A stretch of 64,000 nt of DNA from Candidatus Micrarchaeia archaeon (GTDB lineage Archaea; Micrarchaeota; Micrarchaeia; Burarchaeales; JACRGF01): positions 2,247-66,246 of the forward strand of contig JAWCPB010000002.1 in assembly GCA_038870455.1 (NCBI GenBank), written 5' to 3'. This document shows positions 9,040 through 16,272 of this stretch, piece after piece. A program made the translations under genes and the position numbers. Below the pieces are notes generated by a model that saw only the letters and a list, made by a program, of their open reading frames with translations, did not search any database and was not told where the DNA came from. The first letter of the stretch is position 1; each line of letters begins with the position of its first letter.

Positions 9040-9477
9040 GTGATGGCATTCGGCGCACGAAACAATCTTGTTGGGCCTGTGGGCGGAGCATTCTACGGGC
9101 CTGGAGGGAATCCGCACTGCCGCCCGCGCAACTGGTTTGGACTGGGCGACGGAGCCAAGCGCAGGCTTTCCAGCTGCGTGGGGCGCGTTGGAGAAAACGG
9201 CTTCTGTCTGAGGGCTACTGAGGTGTTTCGCGATGCCGCATTATCCGAGAGGGAGGAGATTTTGCACGGCGCGCTCGAGGCGCTCAGGAGGGAAAAGGAG
9301 GAAAACGGGCGTGTTCCCAGGGAGCTCTTGAAAAAAATCGTCAGGCTCATCGAAATAGACGCCTGGGCCGCGCGCCGCGTGCTGCAGGACTTCATCGGCG
9401 CGCTGAGGGCCGAGCGCAGCGAGGCCCTACCGCTCTTTGTCAAGCTCAAGGACTACTCAAACGCGAAGGCAACGTGA
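9040..9477 (+). CDS. Hypothetical protein (C-terminal half helical); start uncertain
   Basis: 145-aa ORF in the operon gap between cysK number 2 and MoaD number 2. No motif recognised. No JAMM signature. Confidence 0.3.
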   Translation: MMAFGARNNLVGPVGGAFYGPGGNPHCRPRNWFGLGDGAKRRLSSCVGRVGENGFCLRATEVFRDAALSEREEILHGALEALRREKEENGRVPRELLKKIVRLIEIDAWAARRVLQDFIGALRAERSEALPLFVKLKDYSNAKAT

Positions 9478-9487
9478 TATTCTTTTC

Positions 9488-9517
9488 GGAATAAAACTTA
9501 TAGGAAATTATTTATAT
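9488..9517 (+). promoter_or_regulatory. GGAATA box (9488-9493, in tttcggaataaaa) plus TATA-like attatttatat (9507-9517) upstream of MoaD number 2
   Basis: Same tttcggaata sequence as at 1211-1219. Lies in the AT-rich island 9478-9520. Confidence 0.45.
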
Positions 9518-9549
9518 GCGCACGACGGAATATCCTCGGGTGGTTTCCT

Positions 9550-9825
9550 TTGGTGAAGATAAGGTTCTCTTCAGCGATCGCCGCTGCGGTGAGGGGCGAG
9601 GCGGAGGCCACGCTGGACTTCGAGGGGGACGTCGCGGCGCTGCTCGCGCTTCTCTCCCAGAAGTACGGCGAGGGCTTTCAGAAGCGCATTCTCTCGGGCG
9701 GAAGGATAAACGGCTTCGTCAGCGTGTATCTCAACGGCGAGGACATCCGCTTTCTCAAGGACGTTCAGACCCGGGTGCGGAACGGCGACACGATATACAT
9801 CACTCCGGCCGTGTCGGGGGGCTGA
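9550..9825 (+). CDS. MoaD/ThiS-like sulfur-carrier protein number 2 (C-terminal GG)
   Basis: 91 aa with a TTG/GTG start. Ends ...IYITPAVSGG plus TGA. Paralogous to carrier number 1 (shared YGEGFQKR, NGEDIRF). Confidence 0.8.
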   Translation: MVKIRFSSAIAAAVRGEAEATLDFEGDVAALLALLSQKYGEGFQKRILSGGRINGFVSVYLNGEDIRFLKDVQTRVRNGDTIYITPAVSGG

Positions 9826-9830
9826 GCCCC

Positions 9831-10625
9831 GTGCCGCTGAGCCTGACCGAGCTCAAGCGCTACTCGCGCCAGCTCATCCTGCCGAACTTCGGCGCGAGAG
9901 AGCAGCGGAGGCTGAAGAACGCGAGGGTGGTCGTCACGGGAGCCGGCGGCATCGGCTGTCCCGTGCTGCTCAACCTCGCCGCCAGCGGCGTGGGAAGCAT
10001 AACAATCATAGACAGCGACAGCATTGACCTCACGAACTTGAACAGGCAGTTCCTCTTCACGCCAGCGGATGTGGGAAGGCCAAAGGCGGTGGTGGCCGCA
10101 GAGCGCATCCGCGCGTTCAATCCGGACATCGAGGTCAGGCCCGTTGTGAAGGTCATCGACTACTCCAACGCGTTCGACCTCCTCAAGGGCTTTGACGCAA
10201 TCATCGACGGCACGGACAACTTCGCCGCGCGCTATGCGATAAACGACGCCGCCGTGCTCAACAGGACCCCGCTGTTTCACGCCGCCGTTCTGCAGTACGA
10301 GGGACGCGTCTTCACCGTCATTCCCGGAAAGAGCGCCTGCCTGCGCTGCGCCTTCCCGGTCATCCCGCCAAAGGGAAGCATCCCCACCTGCAGGGAGGCG
10401 GGAGTTCTCGGAAGCGTCATAAGCGTGCTGGCAGGCATCCAGGCCACTGAGGCGATCAAGCACCTGGCCGGCCAGGGCGCGCGCCTGACCGACAGGATGC
10501 TGGTTTTCGACGGCAGGACCATGTCTTTCGACGAATTCCGCTTCAGGAGGAGGAGGGAGTGCAGCGCGTGCGGCCAAAAGGGCTTCACTTCCTCGCCGGT
10601 GTATCAAGAGGTTTGTGACATATGA
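9831..10625 (+). CDS. E1-like ThiF/MoeB adenylyltransferase number 2
   Basis: GTG at 9831, 5 nt after the MoaD number 2 stop. LKRYSRQLIL...ARVVVTGAGGIGC. CLRC...CSAC zinc motif. The ORF-track 5' extension (9516) is probably spurious. Confidence 0.8.
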   Translation: MPLSLTELKRYSRQLILPNFGAREQRRLKNARVVVTGAGGIGCPVLLNLAASGVGSITIIDSDSIDLTNLNRQFLFTPADVGRPKAVVAAERIRAFNPDIEVRPVVKVIDYSNAFDLLKGFDAIIDGTDNFAARYAINDAAVLNRTPLFHAAVLQYEGRVFTVIPGKSACLRCAFPVIPPKGSIPTCREAGVLGSVISVLAGIQATEAIKHLAGQGARLTDRMLVFDGRTMSFDEFRFRRRRECSACGQKGFTSSPVYQEVCDI

Positions 10626-10861
10626 AACAGATCCACGAGCTTGACCTGAGGGGCGAGAGGTGCCCTGACACCTTCACCTACACGAAGATTCGGGCGGAGG
10701 AGCTGCGGGAAGAGGGCAGGGCCGGCGACATCCTCAAGGTGATTGTCGACAACGAGCTCAGCGCCAGGGACGTTCCGGCGAGCATGCAGCTCGAGGGGCA
10801 CAGGGTGATAGAGGTCAGGAAGGCGAACGGGCTGTGGGAGCTTTTTTTCGAGATTAAATAG
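10622..10861 (+). CDS. TusA-like sulfurtransferase (CPxx motif)
   Basis: 79 aa. LDLRGERCPDTFTYTKIRAEEL matches the TusA/SirA LDxxGxxCP...K pattern. ATGA overlap with the E1 number 2 stop. Confidence 0.65.
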   Translation: MKQIHELDLRGERCPDTFTYTKIRAEELREEGRAGDILKVIVDNELSARDVPASMQLEGHRVIEVRKANGLWELFFEIK

Positions 10862-11911
10862 GTGGTTGAAATCAGGGAATGGGATGATGCTCTTGGCCTG
10901 ACCCCGCGGCTTGACTGCGGCCTGTGCGGGCTGGACTGCGGCGCGCTGGCCCGCAGGGCGCTCGCAGGAGCGAGCGAGTTCTCGGAGTGCATTCCCGCCA
11001 GGCAGAGCCCGCAGGCCGCGCCCGCGTTCGCAGAGCTGAGGCGAAAGCACTCGCCCTCGCGCCTGCCGGAGCCGAGGAAGGACGTGCTTGTCGTGCGCCC
11101 ATGCATCGATGTCGCGAACAGGGTGAGCGGCGAGGCGAACATCCGCCACTGGTCGCCATCCCCCTACCCGCCCTTTGACTCGGTGTATCTGGAGCATGCG
11201 TTGCGCACCAGCGGAGCCTTTGGCAACGTCAAGTACTCGCCCTCGCTTGGCATCGCAAACCTTCTGCTCAGCGAAGGGAGAGGAGTTGTCTTCTCCCGCT
11301 CCGGAAAAGCCATCGCGCGCGCCGCTTTCGACCTCAATGACTTGGAGAAAACATTCTCACTCGTTTCCCTGGTCTCCTGGCCCGCCGCGGTCTGCGGCGA
11401 ATGCGGTTCTCTCGCAATCGACTGCGCCATAGGCGCGTGCAACGCCTGCGGCGCCTGCCACGCCTCGCGCGTTCCCCCCTCCACAAACCTGCAGTCATCT
11501 GTACCGAGCCGCCGCGCCACCCCAGCCGTTTCCCTCCTCTCGCCCGCGGCGAATCACGCGATTGAAGGGATCGGAGCAGAGCCTGCACTCGAGAGTGCCG
11601 AGAAAAGAGCGTTCGCGCTGCTGCTCGAGGGCGATGCCGGCGCGCTGTTCCTCCTTGGGCTCGCCAAGCAGCTTCGCTTTCTCGCAGACGGGCTGGCCAG
11701 GGCAGGAGGGGGCCGGCAGCTGAAGAAAATCGCCAGGGAGGCCTGGGAGGCTCTCGAGACGGGGGATAAGAAAAAGGCGGAGCACGCTGCCGGAGATGCC
11801 GCGCGGGCTTTAGCCGAGCTCAAGCGCGGCTTTTCAGAAGGCGGGCAGGTTTGGGCCGCCAAGGCCGCAGGGGCATCGCTTAAAATAGCACGCGCTGCAA
11901 CAAAGCTCTGA
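10862..11911 (+). CDS. Cys-rich protein with two putative Fe-S-cluster (PF04060-like) domains
   Basis: 349 aa with a GTG start directly after the TusA stop. LDCGLCGLDCGALARRALAG and CGECGSLAIDCAIGACNACGAC resemble the CxxCGxxxCxxxA Fe-S domain of corrinoid/Fe-S proteins. The rest is uncharacterised. Confidence 0.5.
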   Translation: MVEIREWDDALGLTPRLDCGLCGLDCGALARRALAGASEFSECIPARQSPQAAPAFAELRRKHSPSRLPEPRKDVLVVRPCIDVANRVSGEANIRHWSPSPYPPFDSVYLEHALRTSGAFGNVKYSPSLGIANLLLSEGRGVVFSRSGKAIARAAFDLNDLEKTFSLVSLVSWPAAVCGECGSLAIDCAIGACNACGACHASRVPPSTNLQSSVPSRRATPAVSLLSPAANHAIEGIGAEPALESAEKRAFALLLEGDAGALFLLGLAKQLRFLADGLARAGGGRQLKKIAREAWEALETGDKKKAEHAAGDAARALAELKRGFSEGGQVWAAKAAGASLKIARAATKL

Positions 11912-11920
11912 GGTGCGCGA

Positions 11921-13396
11921 ATGGCGCTGCGCGTGCACAACACCCTATCCAAGAGGCTCGAGGAATTTGTTCCGGGCGAGCCGGGCTTGGTGCGCATGTA
12001 CGTGTGCGGCCTGACCCCATACGACAGATTCCACCTCGGCCACGCGCGTACTTACGTTGCCTTTGACATCATAAGGCGGTACCTCGAGTTCGTCGGCTAT
12101 CGCGTGCTGCACGTTCAAAACATCACTGACGTGGATGACAAGATACTCAACCGTGCAAGGGAGCGCAGCGAGGAGCCTCTGGCGATGGCGGAGCACTTCA
12201 GCAAGCTCGCCATGCAGGAGTCCGACCTCCTCGGCATACGGAGGGCGCACCACTATCCCAAGGTCAGCGAGCACATTCCAGAAATAATCTCCCTCGTCGA
12301 ACGCATTGCCAGCAAGGGCTTTGCCTACGAGACAGAGGACGGCGTGTATTTCGACGTCGAAAAATTCCCTGGCTATGGCAAGCTCAGCGGGCAAAAGCTT
12401 GATGAGATAAAAGCTGGCGCGCGCATCGCCGTGGATGAGAGGAAGAGGCACCCGGCTGACTTCGCGCTTTGGAAGAAGTGGAAGCCCGGCGAGGCGCTCG
12501 CCTGGGACTCGCCCTGGGGGCGGGGCAGGCCGGGCTGGCACATCGAATGCTCCGCCATGAGCGCGAAGTACCTCGGCCAGTCGTTCGACATCCACGGCGG
12601 GGGCAGCGACCTCATCTTTCCCCATCACGAGAACGAAATCGCCCAGAGCGAGGCGGCGAGCGGAAAACAGTTTGCGCGCTACTGGCTTCACACAGGCTGG
12701 CTGACCGTGAAGAAGCAGAAGATGGCAAAGTCGCTCAAGAACTTCATCACGGTGGAGGGGGCGCTGGCCAAGTGGGAGCCCGAGGTGCTGCGGCTGTTTT
12801 TCGCCTCCACACACTACCGCTCCCCGCTCGACTTCAACGAGGGCTCGCTTGAGGCCGCGCGCGCGGGCTTGGCCACGCTGCGCAGCGCGCTGTACAACGC
12901 CGCAGAGGCAAGGCCCTCGAGGGGCCGCCCGGCAAAGTGGCTCGAGGAGGCTGTTGCCAAGCACAGGGAGGCCTTTCTGGCGGCCATGGACAACGACTTC
13001 GACACCAGCACCGCGCTCGCCCACCTGTTCGAGATCGCCAAGCACATAAACACGTACATCAACGAGGGGAAAATCGACAGCCACGTGCTCGAGCACGCGG
13101 TCGCCGAGTACAAGAGCCTCGCGGGCATACTCGGCCTGCTCGAGAGCCTTCCCAGGAAAATAGCGAGTGAAGAGGATACCGCCCGGCTCAGGGTGCTTGC
13201 GGCCTCGCTGGGCGTGGACAGTGAAAAAGCAGAGCGCCTCGGCTTCACCGAGCTCATGTCGCTCGTGATCGCCGAGAGGGAGAAGGCGAGGAAGGCAAAG
13301 GACTTCGCGAGGGGCGACGAGATCAGAAAGGCGCTGCGCGGCCTCGGCATAGCCATCGAGGACACTCCAAGGGGAACGGTCTGGCGGTTTGCATGA
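11921..13396 (+). CDS. cysS: Cysteinyl-tRNA synthetase
   Basis: 491 aa. HLGHARTY (HIGH), KMAKSLKN (KMSKS), class I fold and C-terminal anticodon-binding helices. Confidence 0.9.
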   Translation: MALRVHNTLSKRLEEFVPGEPGLVRMYVCGLTPYDRFHLGHARTYVAFDIIRRYLEFVGYRVLHVQNITDVDDKILNRARERSEEPLAMAEHFSKLAMQESDLLGIRRAHHYPKVSEHIPEIISLVERIASKGFAYETEDGVYFDVEKFPGYGKLSGQKLDEIKAGARIAVDERKRHPADFALWKKWKPGEALAWDSPWGRGRPGWHIECSAMSAKYLGQSFDIHGGGSDLIFPHHENEIAQSEAASGKQFARYWLHTGWLTVKKQKMAKSLKNFITVEGALAKWEPEVLRLFFASTHYRSPLDFNEGSLEAARAGLATLRSALYNAAEARPSRGRPAKWLEEAVAKHREAFLAAMDNDFDTSTALAHLFEIAKHINTYINEGKIDSHVLEHAVAEYKSLAGILGLLESLPRKIASEEDTARLRVLAASLGVDSEKAERLGFTELMSLVIAEREKARKAKDFARGDEIRKALRGLGIAIEDTPRGTVWRFA

Positions 13397-14418
13397 CTGC
13401 GCGTGAGAAGGAAAAGGAGGCTCTCTACTGGCGCGTGCTCAAGGGCGACGCGCTGCAGTGCACGCTGTGCCCTCACTGGTGCACAATTCTCGAGGGAAGA
13501 AGGGGAAGGTGCAGGGTCAGGGAGAACAGGCGCGGCAGGCTCTACTCGCTGGTCTACGGCAAGCCGTCGGCGATTCAGATAGACCCCATTGAGAAAAAAC
13601 CGAACTTTCACTTCCTGCCCGGCTCGCTGTCGTATTCCATTGGCACGGTGGGCTGCAACCTGAGGTGCGCCTTCTGCCAGAACTGGCAGCTTTCGCAGGC
13701 GAGCCCCGGCGACCTGCCGCATTATGATCTCCCACCACAGGCGGTTGTTGACGAGGCGCTGCGGTACGGCTGCGCCTCGATCGCCTATACCTACAACGAC
13801 CCAGTGGTGTTCATCGAATACGTCATGGACACGGCCAGGCTCGCCCGTCCGCGAGGGCTGCGGAGCGTTTTCGTCACGGCTGGCTTCATCAACCCGCAGC
13901 CGCTCGACGAACTGTGCGGGCTCATCGACAGCGCGCATGTCGATCTCAAGGGATTCAGCGAGCAGTTTTACAGGGAAGTGAGCGGTGCCCGCCTCGCCCC
14001 AGTGCTTGCCACGCTGAAGACGCTCAAGAAAAGGGGCATCTGGTTCGAGGTCATTCACCTCACCGTGCCGGGCCTCTCGGACGACCCTGATGAGATTCGC
14101 ATGATGTGCGAGTGGATGCGGGAGAACATCGGCACAGAAGTCCCGCTTCACTTCACCCAGTTCCACCCGGAGTACAAGATGCTGACCACGCCCGTCACCC
14201 CAGTCGCATCGCTCGAGCGCGCTCACGCCATCGCGAAAGACGTGGGCCTAGAGTATGTCTATGTCGGCAACGTTCCCGGCCACCCTCTCGAGAACACCTA
14301 CTGCCCGAAATGCAACAACCTCCTCATCGAGAGGTGGGGGTTCGAAATACTAAAGAATCTAATACCGGAAGGTATGTGTCCTTACTGCGGCAAAAAACTT
14401 GCTGGAGTATGGCGATAG
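13393..14418 (+). CDS. Radical SAM enzyme, AmmeMemoRadiSam-system type (PFL-activase-like)
   Basis: 341 aa. CNLRCAFCQN (CxxxCxxC). The LQCTLCPHWCTI N-terminal Cys cluster is typical of this family. 4-nt overlap with cysS. Confidence 0.75.
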   Translation: MTAREKEKEALYWRVLKGDALQCTLCPHWCTILEGRRGRCRVRENRRGRLYSLVYGKPSAIQIDPIEKKPNFHFLPGSLSYSIGTVGCNLRCAFCQNWQLSQASPGDLPHYDLPPQAVVDEALRYGCASIAYTYNDPVVFIEYVMDTARLARPRGLRSVFVTAGFINPQPLDELCGLIDSAHVDLKGFSEQFYREVSGARLAPVLATLKTLKKRGIWFEVIHLTVPGLSDDPDEIRMMCEWMRENIGTEVPLHFTQFHPEYKMLTTPVTPVASLERAHAIAKDVGLEYVYVGNVPGHPLENTYCPKCNNLLIERWGFEILKNLIPEGMCPYCGKKLAGVWR

Positions 14419-14537
14419 GCCAGGGTGGCAGAGCGGCTATGCAGCCGGCTGCAGACAACCTTTTGCCGGCGGTCCGGCAAAAGCGTTGACGGAAAAGCAG
14501 TCACCGGCGCAGGGGAGTTCAACTCTCCCCCCTGGCT
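14419..14537 (+). tRNA. tRNA-Cys (anticodon GCA) containing a 48-nt intron (14455-14502) at canonical position 37/38
   Basis: Perfect 7-bp acceptor stem (GCCAGGG / CCCTGGC). T-arm GGGAG-TTCAACT-CTCCC. D-arm GCA/AGCGGCT/TGC. Anticodon stem GCCGG/CCGGC once 14455-14502 is removed, giving loop CUGCAGA (GCA at 14451-14453). Discriminator U73, the tRNA-Cys identity element. The intron forms a BHB-like motif (bulges AG|A and UC|A flanking a CTGC/GCAG helix) plus a 10-bp internal hairpin. The gene starts 1 nt after the radical-SAM stop. Confidence 0.8.
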
Positions 14538-14646
14538 TTTAACTTCGCCAGAGAACGGAGCAGCGCGTGCAGCCTTGCTGAAGAGCGCGCCCTCAGCTTG
14601 AGCGGGCGGCGCATGGAAAAGAACAGGCGCGGCGCGCAGCCCCCTG

Positions 14647-14913
14647 TCAGGCCCATATCACCCTCCCGTAGTAGTTGGCTTCGGCTCTTGTCTTGTAGCA
14701 GACAAAGCACACGGCATAACCGTTCTCGTACATCATCTCGGCATAGCTCGTCTCGAGCCCGCACACCATGCAGCGGTCGCGCGGGATCTCCCAGCGTGGG
14801 TTTGGCGTGGAGGACAGCCTCTTTTCGGCAGGTGCCGTTTCCCTAGGCTCTTCCTCCGCAAGGAGGTTTTTGAGTGCCTGGATGAGGCCCGCGACAGAGA
14901 CCATGCTCCACAC
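14647..14913 (-). CDS. Small zinc-ribbon protein (CxxC...CxxC)
   Basis: 88 aa. RCMVCG...CFVCYKT four-Cys arrangement. Lies between the tRNA and the Lrp gene. Confidence 0.35.
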   Translation of the reverse strand: MWSMVSVAGLIQALKNLLAEEEPRETAPAEKRLSSTPNPRWEIPRDRCMVCGLETSYAEMMYENGYAVCFVCYKTRAEANYYGRVIWA

Positions 14914-15009
14914 CGCGCTGGCCTGGGCCTGCTTTTTATTTAAAAGTTTTCAAGAAAAATTTTGAAAAAAAGAAAAAATTGATAAACCCGACGCAACAAT
15001 TACAAAAAC

Positions 15010-15996
15010 ATGCCCGGCTCTCAGATGAAGCTCGATGCGCTCGACCGCCGCATTCTTTTCGAGCTCGACGGAAATTCCCGGATGCCGCTGACGCGCATGG
15101 CGAGGAGGCTGAAGACCTCCCCGCAGCTGGTCGCCTACAGAATCCGCTCGCTCGAGAAGAGAGGCGTCATAAAGGGCTACACCGCGCTCATCGACTACAA
15201 GAGCGCGGGTTACACCTTCTACACAGCCTACTACGCCCTGAAGAACATTTCCCCGCGTGTTGTGGCCAAATTCTGCAGGTTTCTGCTCGCCGAGCCCAAA
15301 GTGTGCATCCTCCTCGAATGCGAGGGGCGGTGGGATGTCATGGTTGGAATACTCGCCCGCGACCCCGTTGAGTTCTACAACATCCTGCTCGGCATCAGAA
15401 ACCGCTTCGGCGGCTACATCCTGGAGAGAACCATCGTGACGCACATCGGCGCGCGGCACTGCAGGAGGAAATACCTGTTGAGCAAGGAGTTCTCTGAGGG
15501 AGAGTTTGCCCACATCACGGGAGGAAAGCTTTCGCGCACCAGGCTTGTCAGCGGGGACGAGGAACTCCTGCGCGTGCTCACAAACAATGTCAGGGCCAGC
15601 GTGCTAGAGCTGGCTTCGGCGACAGGCGAGAGCCCTTATGCCGTGAGGAGGAGGCTCAAGCGCCTTGTCAGCGATAGGATTATACTGCGCACGGGTTTTC
15701 TGCCAGACCACGCGCGCTACGGCTATGCCTACAAGCGCGTACTGCTGTCGCTCCACCACACCACAGCCGGAAAGTTCGAGCTGCTGAAGAGCTTTTTCGT
15801 CCAGCATCCGAACGTGAAGAGGGTAACGAGCGCTTTCGGCAGGTACGACCTGATAGTCGATGGAGAGTTCGAGCACGAGAGGGAGTTCAGGGCTTTCATC
15901 ACCGAGCTGAGAACGAGGTTCGGCGGTGTGATTGCTCACTATGACACGCTCGAGGTGCTGAAAGTCCACCGGTTCCGCTTCTTCCCGTGCGCCTAG
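15010..15996 (+). CDS. Lrp/AsnC-family transcriptional regulator with two tandem HTH plus RAM (AsnC-type) modules
   Basis: 328 aa. LDALDRRILFELDGNSRMPLTRMARRLKTSPQLVAYRIRSLEKRGVIKGYTALID, then a second module LRVLTNNVRASVLELASATGESPYAVRRRLKRLVSDRIIL...YKRVLLSL. AT-rich promoter island at 14930-15005. Confidence 0.7.
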   Translation: MPGSQMKLDALDRRILFELDGNSRMPLTRMARRLKTSPQLVAYRIRSLEKRGVIKGYTALIDYKSAGYTFYTAYYALKNISPRVVAKFCRFLLAEPKVCILLECEGRWDVMVGILARDPVEFYNILLGIRNRFGGYILERTIVTHIGARHCRRKYLLSKEFSEGEFAHITGGKLSRTRLVSGDEELLRVLTNNVRASVLELASATGESPYAVRRRLKRLVSDRIILRTGFLPDHARYGYAYKRVLLSLHHTTAGKFELLKSFFVQHPNVKRVTSAFGRYDLIVDGEFEHEREFRAFITELRTRFGGVIAHYDTLEVLKVHRFRFFPCA

Positions 15997-15999
15997 CCC

Positions 16000-16209
16000 C
16001 TATTTTCGCTTGCCCGCCCTGCCCGCCTTGGCCTGCTGGTGGAGGGTGTAAAAAGCTGCCCCGATTGCCAGCCATATCACGGCCAGGTCGAGCCCTTTGA
16101 AGGTGTAGGGCGCATTGAGGCTGAACAGCCCGCTCAGCGCGATGACAACGCTGAGCGCCATGAAGCCCACGCGGAGCCACCACAGGTATTTCTCGGCCAT
16201 GCCCGGCAT
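16000..16209 (-). CDS. Small two-TM membrane protein (hypothetical)
   Basis: 69 aa with two hydrophobic helices and a basic C-terminus. Confidence 0.3.
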   Translation of the reverse strand: MPGMAEKYLWWLRVGFMALSVVIALSGLFSLNAPYTFKGLDLAVIWLAIGAAFYTLHQQAKAGRAGKRK

Positions 16210-16272
16210 TGGAGCGCTGTAAATTTAAACCTTACGCAAAGGGCTTTTAATCTCGGGCCGCGAAATAACGCC

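Noticed and set aside
9516-9830. 5' extension of the E1 number 2 ORF overlapping MoaD number 2 in another frame
   Set aside because: The conserved E1 N-terminus begins at GTG 9831. The extension would overlap the whole carrier gene.
9765-10607. 280-aa minus-strand ORF antisense to E1 number 2
   Set aside because: Fully antisense to a conserved ThiF-family gene. No motifs.
11945-14226. Long minus-strand ORFs (383 aa and 470 aa) antisense to cysS and the radical SAM
   Set aside because: They overlap two strongly supported plus-strand genes. High-GC stop-codon depletion explains them.
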